64,000 nt of DNA. Source: the human T2T-CHM13v2.0 reference genome, Homo sapiens. Below, one piece after another: positions 63,335-64,000 of the stretch; position 1 is the first letter of the stretch, and the number at the start of each line of letters is the position of its first letter. Made by a program: the position numbers and the translations under genes. The DNA is taken from the NCBI RefSeq assembly GCF_009914755.1, contig NC_060937.1. One strand, 5' to 3'. The notes beneath the pieces are model-generated. The model did no database searches. It was not told the DNA's origin and saw only the letters and a program-made list of their open reading frames with translations.

Positions 63335-63937
63335 TGTTGGGGCTTTTTAACTCCTGTAGTTTGGCAAGCAGGAGGGAGTGGCACCCAGCAGCTTCTTCTC
63401 TCCTGTTGTTCATTGAGCAGGAGAGAGGGTTACAGCTCTTTTATTCCTGCTGCCTGCAGCTTGGCAAACGGAAGCATTACAGCTCTTTCACTCCCACAGG
63501 TTGGTGAGTTCCAGGTTCTTGTCCTGCAACCAAAAGGAATAAGGTACACAGACAACAGAGAGTGAGTAAGGCAGAGTAGAATTTTATCGAGTGACAGAAA
63601 GAAAGCTCTCAGATGTGAGAGGAGACCTGGAAGTGGGTAGCCCTCTGTGAGACTGAGTCCAGGGTTTTTATGGGCTTACAATGGGGGAGTGCATGCTGAT
63701 TGGCCCATGGGTGGTCTCGGAAAGCACCATTCGATTGGTTAAAAGGCATCATTCAGAAGGAATCAATAGAGAGAGAGAGGGTAAGATGGGGATGGAAGTT
63801 CTCACTCTGGTCATGGACTCTATCTGGAACTGGCAGCTTGGTTTTCAGATTTTAAACTGTTCTTGGCTTGAAGATCAGGTTTCACCAGGGACTCATCCCT
63901 GTCTGCCTAGGAATTTGTCTGTCTCCTGTTGCTATCA
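63335..63937 (-). mobile_element. ERV1 solo LTR of the LTR27/LTR28/MER52 group
   Basis: The minus strand begins tgatagcaacaggagacagacaaattcctaggcagacaggg; TG..CA ends; perfect 4-bp TSD ccat. Confidence 0.82.
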
Positions 63938-64000
63938 CCATCATTTCTCAAAATATTTTTGGCAGTTTTCTTTTTAGCATTGAATTTAGAGCCAATATGG

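Overview
Human non-coding genomic DNA; a pristine AluYa5 marks it as human. It is AT-rich, CpG-depleted and dense in interspersed repeats: 7 Alus (all minus strand), many L1 3' ends, long L2/MIR relics, about 15 LTRs (MaLR THE1/MST/MLT1, ERV1 MER41B/MER4/MER34/LTR27-28-like, ERVL LTR16 with a pol relic) and DNA transposons (two MER1A, MER6B, MER63, MER3, MER5). I found no credible protein-coding gene, RNA gene or CpG island, and I could not identify the locus. Repeat subfamily names come from recalled consensus sequences, not from a search. I did not find a convincing novel biological system. The best leads are: a perfect 35-bp palindromic AT-rich VNTR packed with forkhead motifs; several independent fold-back (template-switch) inverted duplications; a MER41B whose two STAT1 GAS sites have changed spacing; a possibly polymorphic AluYa5; strong orphan splice-site pairs that may be lncRNA exons or a microexon; and a few compact transcription-factor motif modules.
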